From: Auanema rhodensis
Lineage: Eukaryota > Animalia > Nematoda
Reading direction: 5' to 3'
DNA length: 64,000 nt
Assembly: GCA_964057225.1 (NCBI GenBank)
Contig: OZ059900.1
Span: forward strand, 24,924,001-24,988,000
The notes under the pieces: model-generated
Database searches by the model: none
Seen by the model: only the letters and a program-made list of their open reading frames with translations
Told to the model about the DNA's origin: nothing
Position numbers and translations under genes: made by a program
Shown: piece after piece, positions 11,983 to 24,288 of the stretch
Layout: each line of letters begins with the position of its first letter
Position numbering within the stretch: position 1 is the first letter of the stretch

Positions 11983-14900
11983 GCTAGGTTTCATTGACAT
12001 TGCATGAGTTTGAACATATGAAATCGTAAGTCAAAACCTTGTTTACAGCGAAATTTCCAAAAACTGGTTTTCCAGCATAATAAAATATTTCTCATGGGAA
12101 ATACTGTGTTTTCGTATTTTTTTAGTGTTCAGCATGTAAAATGCTTCATTTTAGTATGTAACACGCTGAAATTCGTTGCATTTGACGACTCATATGAACA
12201 AAAATCGATTTAATCAATATTAGCCATAAGGGGCGTGCCCTCAGAATATGCTAATTTCCTTAATTTTCTAACCCCTGTTTTTTGTCGTGAAAGTGGAACT
12301 AGACGTTGTAGGAACAATTTTGAGCTAGGTTTCATTGACATTGCATGAGTTTGAACACATGAAATCGTAAGTCAAAACCTTGTTTACAGCGAAATTTCCA
12401 AAAACTGGTTTTCCAGCATAATAAAATATTTCTCTTGGGAAATACTGTGTTTTTGTATTTTTCTAGTGTTCAGCATGTAAAATACTTCATTTAAGTATGT
12501 AACACGCTGAAATTCGTTGCATTTGACGACTCATATGAACAAAAATCGATTTAATCAATATTAGCCATAAGGGGCGTGCCCTCAGAATATGCTAATTCCC
12601 TTAATTTTCTAACCCCTGTTTTTTTGTCGTGAAAGTGGAACTAGACGTTGTACGAACAATTTTGAGCTAGGTTTCATTGACATTGCATGAGTTTGAACAC
12701 ATGAAATCGTAAGTCAAAACCTTATTTACAGCGAAATTTCCAAAAACTGGTTTTCCAGCATAATAAAATATTTCTCATGGGAAATACTTTGTTTTTGTAT
12801 TTTTCTAGTGTTCAGCATGTAAAATGCTTCATTTTAGTATGTAACACGCTGAAATTCGTTGCATTTGACGACTCATATGAACAAAAATCGATTTAATCAA
12901 TATTAGCCATAAGGGGCGTGCCCTCAGAATATGCTAATTTCCTTAATTTTTTAACCACTGTTTTTTTGTCGTGAAAGTGGAACTAGACGTTGTACGAACA
13001 ATTTTGAGCTAGGTTTCATTGACATTGCATGAGTTTGAACACATGAAATCGTAAGTCAAAACCTTGTTTACAGCGAAATTTCCAAAAACTGGTTTTCCAG
13101 CATAATAAAATATTTCTCATGGGAAATACTGTGTTTTTGTATTTTTCTAGTGTTCAGCATGTAAAATGTTTCATTTTAGTATGTAACACGCTGAAATTCG
13201 TTGCATTTGACGACTCATATGAACAGAAATCGATTTAATCAATATTAGCCATAAGGGGCGTGCCCTCAGAATATGCTAATTTTCTAAATTTTCTAACCCC
13301 TGTTTTTTTGTCGTGAAAGTGGAACTAGACGTTGTACAAACAATTTTGAGCTAGGTTTCATTGACATTGCATGAGTTTGAACACATGAAATCGTAAGTCA
13401 AAACCTTGTTTACAGCGAAATTTCCAAAAACTGGTTTTCCAGCATAATAAAATATTTCTCATGGGAAATACTGTGTTTTTGTATTTTTCTAGTGTTCAGC
13501 ATGTAAAATACTTCATTTAAGTATGTAACACGCTGAAATTCGTTGCATTTGACGACTCATATGAACAGAAATCGATTTAATCAATATTAGCCATAAGGGG
13601 CGTGCCCTCAGAATATGCTAATTTCCTAAATTTTCTAACCCCTGTTTTTTTGTCGTGAAAGTGGAACTAGACGTTGTACAAACAATTTTGAGCTAGGTTT
13701 CATTGACATTGCATGAGTTTGAACACATGAAATCGTAAGTCAAAACCTTGTTTACAGCGAAATTTCCAAAAACTGGTTTTCCAGCATAATAAAATATTTC
13801 TCATGGGAAATACTGTGTTTTTGTATTTTTCTAGTGTTCAGCATGTAAAATACTTCATTTAAGTATGTAACACGCTGAAATTCGTTGCATTTGACGACTC
13901 ATATGAACAAAAATCGATTTAATCAATATTAGCCATAAAGGGCGTGCCCTCAGAATATGCTAATTTCCTTAATATTCTAACCCCTGTTTTTTTGTCGTGA
14001 AAGTGGAACTAGACGTTGTACAAACAATTTTGAGCTAAGTTTCATTGACATTGCATGAGTTTGAACATATGAAATCGTAAGTCAAAACCTTGTTTACAGC
14101 GAAATTTCCAAAAACTGGTTTTCCAGCATAATAAAATATTTCTCATGGGAAATACTGTGTTTTTGTATTTTTTTAGTGTTCAGCATGTAAAATGCTTCAT
14201 TTTAGTATGTAACACGCTGAAATTCGTTGCATTTGACGACTCATATGAACAAAAATCGATTTAATCAATATTAGCCATAAGGGGCGTGCCCTCAGAATAT
14301 GCTAATTTCCTTAATTTTTTAACCACTGTTTTTTTGTCGTGAAAGTGGAACTAGACGTTGTACGAACAATTTTGAGCTAGGTTTCATTGACATTGCATGA
14401 GTTTGAACACATGAAATCGTAAGTCAAAACCTTGTTTACAGCGAAATTTCCAAAAACTGGTTTTCCAGCATAATAAAATATTTCTCATGGGAAATACTTT
14501 GTTTTTGTATTTTTCTAGTGTTCAGCATGTAAAATGCTTCATTTTAGTATGTAACACGCTGAAATTCGTTGCATTTGACGACTCATATGAACAAAAATCG
14601 ATTTAATCAATATTAGCCATAAGGGGCGTGCCCTCAGAATATGCTAATTTCCTTAATTTTTTAACCACTGTTTTTTTATCGTGAAAGTGGAACTAGACGT
14701 TGTACGAACAATTTTGAGCTAGGTTTCATTGACATTGCATGAGTTTGAACACATGAAATCGTAAGTCAAAACCTTGTTTACAGCGAAATTTCCAAAAACT
14801 GGTTTTCCAGCATAATAAAATATTTCTCATGGGAAATACTGTGTTTTTGTATTTTTTTAGTAATCAGCATGTAAAATGCTTCATTTTAGTATGTAACACG

Positions 14901-17900
14901 CTGAAATTCGTTGCATTTGACGACTCATATGAACAAAAATCGATTTAATCAATATTAGCCATAAGGGGCGTGCCCTCAGAATATGCTAATTTCCTTAATT
15001 TTCTAACCCCTGTTTTTTGTCGTGAAAGTGGAACTAGACGTTGTAGGAACAATTTTGAGCTAGTTTTCATTGACATTGCATGAGTTTGAACACATGAAAT
15101 CGTAAGTCAAAACCTTGTTTACAGCGAAATTTCCAAAAACTGGTTTTCCAGCATAATAAAATATTTCTCTTGGGAAATACTGTGTTTTTGTATTTTTCTA
15201 GTGTTCAGCATGTAAAATACGTCATTTAAGTATGTAACACGCTGAAATTCGTTGCATTTGACGACTCATATGAACAAAAATCGATTTAATCAATATTAGC
15301 CATAAGGGGCGTGCCCTCAGAATATGCTAATTCCCTTAATTTTCTAACCCCTGTTTTTTTGTCGTGAAAGTGGAACTAGACGTTGTACAAACAATTTTGA
15401 GCTAAGTTTCATTGACATTGCATGAGTTTGAACATATGAAATCGTAAGTCAAAACCTTGTTTACAGCGAAATTTCCAAAAACTGGTTTTCCAGCATAATA
15501 AAATATTTCTCATGGGAAATACTGTGTTTTTGTATTTTTTTAGTGTTCAGCATGTAAAATGCTTCATTTTAGTATGTAACACGCTGAAATTCGTTGCATT
15601 TGACGACTCATATGAACAAAAATCGATTTAATCAATATTAGCCATAAGGGGCGTGCCCTCAGAATATGCTAATTTCCTTAATTTTTTAACCACTGTTTTT
15701 TTGTCGTGAAAGTGGAACTAGACGTTGTACGAACAATTTTGAGCTAGGTTTCATTGACATTGCATGAGTTTGAACACATGAAATCGTAAGTCAAAACCTT
15801 GTTTACAGCGAAATTTCCAAAAACTGGTTTTCCAGCATAATAAAATATTTCTCTTGGGAAATACTGTGTTTTTGTATTTTTCTAGTGTTCAGCATGTAAA
15901 ATACTTCATTTAAGTATGTAACACGCTGAAATTCGTTGCATTTGACGACTCATATGAACAAAAATCGATTTAATCAATATTAGCCATAAGGGGCGTGCCC
16001 TCAGAATATGCTAATTCCCTTAATTTTCTAACCCCTGTTTTTTTGTCGTGAAAGTGGAACTAGACGTTGTACGAACAATTTTGAGCTGGGTTTCATTGAC
16101 ATTGCATGAGTTTGAACACATGAAATCGTAAGTCAAAACCTTATTTACAGCGAAATTTCCAAAAACTGGTTTTCCAGCATAATAAAATATTTCTCATGGG
16201 AAATACTTTGTTTTTGTATTTTTCTAGTGTTCAGCATGTAAAATGCTTCATTTTAGTATGTAACACGCTGAAATTCGTTGCATTTGACGACTCATATGAA
16301 CAAAAATCGATTTAATCAATATTAGCCATAAGGGGCGTGCCCTCAGAATATGCTAATTTCCTTAATTTTTTAACCGCTGCTTTTTTGTCGTGAAAGTGGA
16401 ACTAGACGTTGTACGAACAATTTTGAGCTAGGTTTCATTGACATTGCATGAGTTTGAACACATGAAATCGTAAGTCAAAACCTTGTTTACAGCGAAATTT
16501 CCAAAAACTGGTTTTCCAGCATAATAAAATATTTCTCATGGGAAATACTGTGTTTTTGTATTTTTCTAGTGTTCAGCATGTAAAATACTTCATTTAAGTA
16601 TGTAACACGCTGAAATTCGTTGCATTTGACGACTCATATGAACAAAAATCGATTTAATCAATATTAGCCATAAAGGGCGTGCCCTCAGAATATGCTAATT
16701 TCCTTAATATTCTAACCCCTGTTTTTTTGTCGTGAAAGTGGAACTAGACGTTGTACAAACAATTTTGAGCTAAGTTTCATTGACATTGCATGAGTTTGAA
16801 CATATGAAATCGTAAGTCAAAACCTTGTTTACAGCGAAATTTCCAAAAACTGGTTTTCCAGCATAATAAAATATTTCTCATGGGAAATACTGTGTTTTTG
16901 TATTTTTTTAGTGTTCAGCATGTAAAATGCTTCATTTTAGTATGTAACACGCTGAAATTCGTTGCATTTGACGACTCATATGAACAAAAATCGATTTAAT
17001 CAATATTAGCCATAAGGGGCGTGCCCTCAGAATATGCTAATTTCCTTAATTTTTTAACCACTGTTTTTTTGTCGTGAAAGTGGAACTAGACGTTGTACGA
17101 ACAATTTTGAGCTAGGTTTCATTGACATTGCATGAGTTTGAACACATGAAATCGTAAGTCAAAACCTTGTTTACAGCGAAATTTCCAAAAACTGGTTTTC
17201 CAGCATAATAAAATATTTCTCATGGGAAATACTTTGTTTTTGTATTTTTCTAGTGTTCAGCATGTAAAATGCTTCATTTTAGTATGTAACACGCTGAAAT
17301 TCGTTGCATTTGACGACTCATATGAACAAAAATCGATTTAATCAATATTAGCCATAAGGGGCGTGCCCTCAGAATATGCTAATTTCCTTAATTTTTTAAC
17401 CACTGTTTTTTTATCGTGAAAGTGGAACTAGACGTTGTACGAACAATTTTGAGCTAGGTTTCATTGACATTGCATGAGTTTGAACACATGAAATCGTAAG
17501 TCAAAACCTTGTTTACAGCGAAATTTCCAAAAACTGGTTTTCCAGCATAATAAAATATTTCTCATGGGAAATACTGTGTTTTTGTATTTTTCTAGTGTTC
17601 AGCATGTAAAATGCTTCATTTTAGTATGTAACACGCTGAAATTCGTTGCATTTGACTACTCATATGAACAAAAATCGATTTAATCAATATTAGCCATAAG
17701 GGGCGTGCCCTCAGAATATGCTAATTTCCTTAATTTTCTAACCCCTGTTTTTTTGTCGTGAAAGTGGAACTAGACGTTGTACGAACAATTTTTAGCTAGG
17801 TTTCATTGACATTGCATGAGTTTGAACACATGAAATCGTAAGTCAAAACCTTGCTTACAGCGAAATTTCCAAAAACTGGTTTTCCAGCATAATAAAATAT

Positions 17901-20900
17901 TTCTCATGGGAAATACTGTGTTTTTGTATTTTTCTAGTGTTCAGCATGTAAAATACTTCATTTAAGTATGTAACACGCTGAAATTCGTTGCATTTGACGA
18001 CTCATATGAACAAAAATCGATTTAATCAATATTAGCCATAAGGGGCGTGCCCTCAGAATATGCTAATTTCCTTAATTTTTTGACCACTGTTTTTTTGTCG
18101 TGAAAGTGGAACTAGACGTTGTACGAACAATTTTGAGCTAGGTTTCATTGACATTGCATGAGTTTGAACACATGAAATCGTAAGTCAAAATCTTGTTTAC
18201 AGCGAAATTTCCAAAAACTGGTTTTCCAGCATAATAAAATATTTCTCATGGGAAATACTGTGTTTTTGTATTTTTCTAGTGTTCAGCATGTAAAATGCTT
18301 CATTTTAGTATGTAACACGCTGAAATTCGTTGCATTTGACGACTCATATGAACAAAAATCGATTTAATCAATATTAGCCATAAGGGGCGTGCCCTCAGAA
18401 TATGCTAATTTCCTTAATATTCTAACCCCTGTTTTTTGTCGTGAAAGTGGAACTAGACGTTGTACAAACAATTTTGAGCTAGGTTTCATTGACATTGCAT
18501 GAGTTTGAACATATGAAATCGTAAGTCAAAACCTTGTTTACAGCGAAATTTCCAAAAACTGGTTTTCCAGCATAATAAAATATTTCTCATGGGAAATACT
18601 GTGTTTTCGTATTTTTTTAGTGTTCAGCATGTAAAATGCTTCATTTTAGTATGTAACACGCTGAAATTCGTTGCATTTGACGACTCATATGAACAAAAAT
18701 CGATTTAATCAATATTAGCCATAAGGGGCGTGCCCTCAGAATATGCTAATTTCCTTAATTTTCTAACCCCTGTTTTTTGTCGTGAAAGTGGAACTAGACG
18801 TTGTAGGAACAATTTTGAGCTAGGTTTCATTGACATTGCATGAGTTTGAACACATGAAATCGTAAGTCAAAACCTTGTTTACAGCGAAATTTCCAAAAAC
18901 TGGTTTTCCAGCATAATAAAATATTTCTCTTGGGAAATACTGTGTTTTTGTATTTTTCTAGTGTTCAGCATGTAAAATACTTCATTTAAGTATGTAACAC
19001 GCTGAAATTCGTTGCATTTGACGACTCATATGAACAAAAATCGATTTAATCAATATTAGCCATAAGGGGCGTGCCCTCAGAATATGCTAATTCCCTTAAT
19101 TTTCTAACCCCTGTTTTTTTGTCGTGAAAGTGGAACTAGACGTTGTACGAACAATTTTGAGCTAGGTTTCATTGACATTGCATGAGTTTGAACACATGAA
19201 ATCGTAAGTCAAAACCTTATTTACAGCGAAATTTCCAAAAACTGGTTTTCCAGCATAATAAAATATTTCTCATGGGAAATACTTTGTTTTTGTATTTTTC
19301 TAGTGTTCAGCATGTAAAATGCTTCATTTTAGTATGTAACACGCTGAAATTCGTTGCATTTGACGACTCATATGAACAAAAATCGATTTAATCAATATTA
19401 GCCATAAGGGGCGTGCCCTCAGAATATGCTAATTTCCTTAATTTTTTAACCACTGTTTTTTTGTCGTGAAAGTGGAACTAGACGTTGTACGAACAATTTT
19501 GAGCTAGGTTTCATTGACATTGCATGAGTTTGAACACATGAAATCGTAAGTCAAAACCTTGTTTACAGCGAAATTTCCAAAAACTGGTTTTCCAGCATAA
19601 TAAAATATTTCTCATGGGAAATACTGTGTTTTTGTATTTTTCTAGTGTTCAGCATGTAAAATGTTTCATTTTAGTATGTAACACGCTGAAATTCGTTGCA
19701 TTTGACGACTCATATGAACAGAAATCGATTTAATCAATATTAGCCATAAGGGGCGTGCCCTCAGAATATGCTAATTTTCTAAATTTTCTAACCCCTGTTT
19801 TTTTGTCGTGAAAGTGGAACTAGACGTTGTACAAACAATTTTGAGCTAGGTTTCATTGACATTGCATGAGTTTGAACACATGAAATCGTAAGTCAAAACC
19901 TTGTTTACAGCGAAATTTCCAAAAACTGGTTTTCCAGCATAATAAAATATTTCTCATGGGAAATACTGTGTTTTTGTATTTTTCTAGTGTTCAGCATGTA
20001 AAATACTTCATTTAAGTATGTAACACGCTGAAATTCGTTGCATTTGACGACTCATATGAACAGAAATCGATTTAATCAATATTAGCCATAAGGGGCGTGC
20101 CCTCAGAATATGCTAATTTCCTAAATTTTCTAACCCCTGTTTTTTTGTCGTGAAAGTGGAACTAGACGTTGTACAAACAATTTTGAGCTAGGTTTCATTG
20201 ACATTGCATGAGTTTGAACACATGAAATCGTAAGTCAAAACCTTGTTTACAGCGAAATTTCCAAAAACTGGTTTTCCAGCATAATAAAATATTTCTCATG
20301 GGAAATACTGTGTTTTTGTATTTTTCTAGTGTTCAGCATGTAAAATACTTCATTTAAGTATGTAACACGCTGAAATTCGTTGCATTTGACGACTCATATG
20401 AACAAAAATCGATTTAATCAATATTAGCCATAAAGGGCGTGCCCTCAGAATATGCTAATTTCCTTAATATTCTAACCCCTGTTTTTTTGTCGTGAAAGTG
20501 GAACTAGACGTTGTACAAACAATTTTGAGCTAAGTTTCATTGACATTGCATGAGTTTGAACATATGAAATCGTAAGTCAAAACCTTGTTTACAGCGAAAT
20601 TTCCAAAAACTGGTTTTCCAGCATAATAAAATATTTCTCATGGGAAATACTGTGTTTTTGTATTTTTTTAGTGTTCAGCATGTAAAATGCTTCATTTTAG
20701 TATGTAACACGCTGAAATTCGTTGCATTTGACGACTCATATGAACAAAAATCGATTTAATCAATATTAGCCATAAGGGGCGTGCCCTCAGAATATGCTAA
20801 TTTCCTTAATTTTTCAACCACTGTTTTTTTGTCGTGAAAGTGGAACTAGACGTTGTACGAACAATTTTGAGCTAGGTTTCATTGACATTGCATGAGTTTG

Positions 20901-22170
20901 AACACATGAAATCGTAAGTCAAAACCTTGTTTACAGCGAAATTTCCAAAAACTGGTTTTCCAGCATAATAAAATATTTCTCATGGGAAATACTTTGTTTT
21001 TGTATTTTTCTAGTGTTCAGCATGTAAAATGCTTCATTTTAGTATGTAACACGCTGAAATTCGTTGCATTTGACGACTCATATGAACAAAAATCGATTTA
21101 ATCAATATTAGCCATAAGGGGCGTGCCCTCAGAATATGCTAATTTCCTTAATTTTTTAACCACTGTTTTTTTATCGTGAAAGTGGAACTAGACGTTGTAC
21201 GAACAATTTTGAGCTAGGTTTCATTGACATTGCATGAGTTTGAACACATGAAATCGTAAGTCAAAACCTTGTTTACAGCGAAATTTCCAAAAACTGGTTT
21301 TCCAGCATAATAAAATATTTCTCATGGGAAATACTGTGTTTTTGTATTTTTTTAGTAATCAGCATGTAAAATGCTTCATTTTAGTATGTAACACGCTGAA
21401 ATTCGTTGCATTTGACGACTCATATGAACAAAAATCGATTTAATCAATATTAGCCATAAGGGGCGTGCCCTCAGAATATGCTAATTTCCTTAATTTTCTA
21501 ACCCCTGTTTTTTGTCGTGAAAGTGGAACTAGACGTTGTAGGAACAATTTTGAGCTAGTTTTCATTGACATTGCATGAGTTTGAACACATGAAATCGTAA
21601 GTCAAAACCTTGTTTACAGCGAAATTTCCAAAAACTGGTTTTCCAGCATAATAAAATATTTCTCTTGGGAAATACTGTGTTTTTGTATTTTTCTAGTGTT
21701 CAGCATGTAAAATACGTCATTTAAGTATGTAACACGCTGAAATTCGTTGCATTTGACGACTCATATGAACAAAAATCGATTTAATCAATATTAGCCATAA
21801 GGGGCGTGCCCTCAGAATATGCTAATTCCCTTAATTTTCTAACCCCTGTTTTTTTGTCGTGAAAGTGGAACTAGACGTTGTACAAACAATTTTGAGCTAA
21901 GTTTCATTGACATTGCATGAGTTTGAACATATGAAATCGTAAGTCAAAACCTTGTTTACAGCGAAATTTCCAAAAACTGGTTTTCCAGCATAATAAAATA
22001 TTTCTCATGGGAAATACTGTGTTTTTGTATTTTTTTAGTGTTCAGCATGTAAAATGCTTCATTTTAGTATGTAACACGCTGAAATTCGTTGCATTTGACG
22101 ACTCATATGAACAAAAATCGATTTAATCAATATTAGCCATAAGGGGCGTGCCCTCAGAATATGCTAATTT
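10957..22170 (+). repeat. Higher-order duplication: ~14-monomer block 10957-~15680 repeated at 17453-~22170 (offset 19 monomers, ~6.5 kb)
   Basis: Both blocks share the ordered series GACTAC, TTGCTTAC, AATCTTG, TTCGTATT, CTCTTGGG, CCTTAT, CAGAAATC x2, TAAAGGGC, GCTAAGT, TTATCGTG, AGTAATCAG, ATACGTC. Confidence 0.88.
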
Positions 22171-24288
22171 CCTTAATTTTCTAACCCCTGTTTTTTTGTC
22201 GTGAAAGTGGAACTAGACGTTGTACGAACAATTTTGAGCTAGGTTTCATTGACATTGCATGAGTTTGAACACATGAAATCGTAAGTCAAAACCTTGTTTA
22301 CAGCGAAATTTCCAAAAACTGGTTTTCCAGCATAATAAAATATTTCTCATGGGAAATACTGTGTTTTTGTATTTTTCTAGTGTTCAGCATGTAAAATACT
22401 TCATTTAAGTATGTAACACGCTGAAATTCGTTGCATTTGACGACTCATATGAACAAAAATCGATTTAATCAATATTAGCCATAAAGGGCGTGCCCTCAGA
22501 ATATGCTAATTTCCTTAATATTCTAACCCCTGTTTTTTTGTCGTGAAAGTGGAACTAGACGTTGTACAAACAATTTTGAGCTAAGTTTCATTGACATTGC
22601 ATGAGTTTGAACATATGAAATCATAAGTCAAAACCTTGTTTACAGCGAAATTTCCAAAAACTGGTTTTCCAGCATAATAAAATATTTCTCATGGGAAATA
22701 CTGTGTTTTTGTATTTTTTTAGTGTTCAGCATGTAAAATGCTTCATTTTAGTATGTAACACGCTGAAATTCGTTGCATTTGACGACTCATATGAACAAAA
22801 ATCGATTTAATCAATATTAGCCATAAGGGGCGTGCCCTCAGAATATGCTAATTTCCTTAATTTTTTAACCACTGTTTTTTTGTCGTGAAAGTGGAACTAG
22901 ACGTTGTACGAACAATTTTGAGCTAGGTTTCATTGACATTGCATGAGTTTGAACACATGAAATCGTAAGTCAAAACCTTGTTTACAGCGAAATTTCCAAA
23001 AACTGGTTTTCCAGCATAATAAAATATTTCTCATGGGAAATACTTTGTTTTTGTATTTTTCTAGTGTTCAGCATGTAAAATGCTTCATTTTAGTATGTAA
23101 CACGCTGAAATTCGTTGCATTTGACGACTCATATGAACAAAAATCGATTTAATCAATATTAGCCATAAGGGGCGTGCCCTCAGAATATGCTAATTTCCTT
23201 AATTTTTTAACCACTGTTTTTTTATCGTGAAAGTGGAACTAGACGTTGTACGAACAATTTTGAGCTAGGTTTCATTGACATTGCATGAGTTTGAACACAT
23301 GAAATCGTAAGTCAAAACCTTGTTTACAGCGAAATTTCCAAAAACTGGTTTTCCAGCATAATAAAATATTTCTCATGGGAAATACTGTGTTTTTGTATTT
23401 TTTTAGTAATCAGCATGTAAAATGCTTCATTTTAGTATGTAACACGCTGAAATTCGTTGCATTTGACGACTCATATGAACAAAAATCGATTTAATCAATA
23501 TTAGCCATAAGGGGCGTGCCCTCAGAATATGCTAATTTCCTTAATTTTCTAACCCCTGTTTTTTGTCGTGAAAGTGGAACTAGACGTTGTAGGAACAATT
23601 TTGAGCTAGTTTTCATTGACATTGCATGAGTTTGAACACATGAAATCGTAAGTCAAAACCTTGTTTACAGCGAAATTTCCAAAAACTGGTTTTCCAGCAT
23701 AATAAAATATTTCTCTTGGGAAATACTGTGTTTTTGTATTTTTCTAGTGTTCAGCATGTAAAATACTTCATTTAAGTATGTAACACGCTGAAATTCGTTG
23801 CATTTGACGACTCATATGAACAAAAATCGATTTAATCAATATTAGCTATAAGGGGCGTGCCCTCAGAATATGCTAATTCCCTTAATTTTCTAACCCCTGT
23901 TTTTTTGTCGTGAAAGTGGAACTAGACGTTGTACAAACAATTTTGAGCTAAGTTTCATTGACATTGCATGAGTTTGAACATATGAAATCGTAAGTCAAAA
24001 CCTTGTTTACAGCGAAATTTCCAAAAACTGGTTTTCCAGCATAATAAAATATTTCTCATGGGAAATACTGTGTTTTTGTATTTTTTTAGTGTTCAGCATG
24101 TAAAATGCTTCATTTTAGTATGTAACACGCTGAAATTCGTTGCATTTGACGACTCATATGAACAAAAATCGATTTAATCAATATTAGCCATAAGGGGCGT
24201 GCCCTCAGAATATGCTAATTTCCTTAATTTTTTAACCACTGTTTTTTTGTCGTGAAAGTGGAACTAGACGTTGTACGAACAATTTTGA
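20187..24288 (+). repeat. Tandem 6-mer duplication (M60-65 / M66-71, 2051-bp period); the same 6-mer also occurs at 13692-15742
   Basis: The order TAAAGGGC, GCTAAGT/AACATATG, TTATCGTG, AGTAATCAG, GCTAGTT/CTCTTGGG, GCTAAGT is repeated. Confidence 0.85.
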
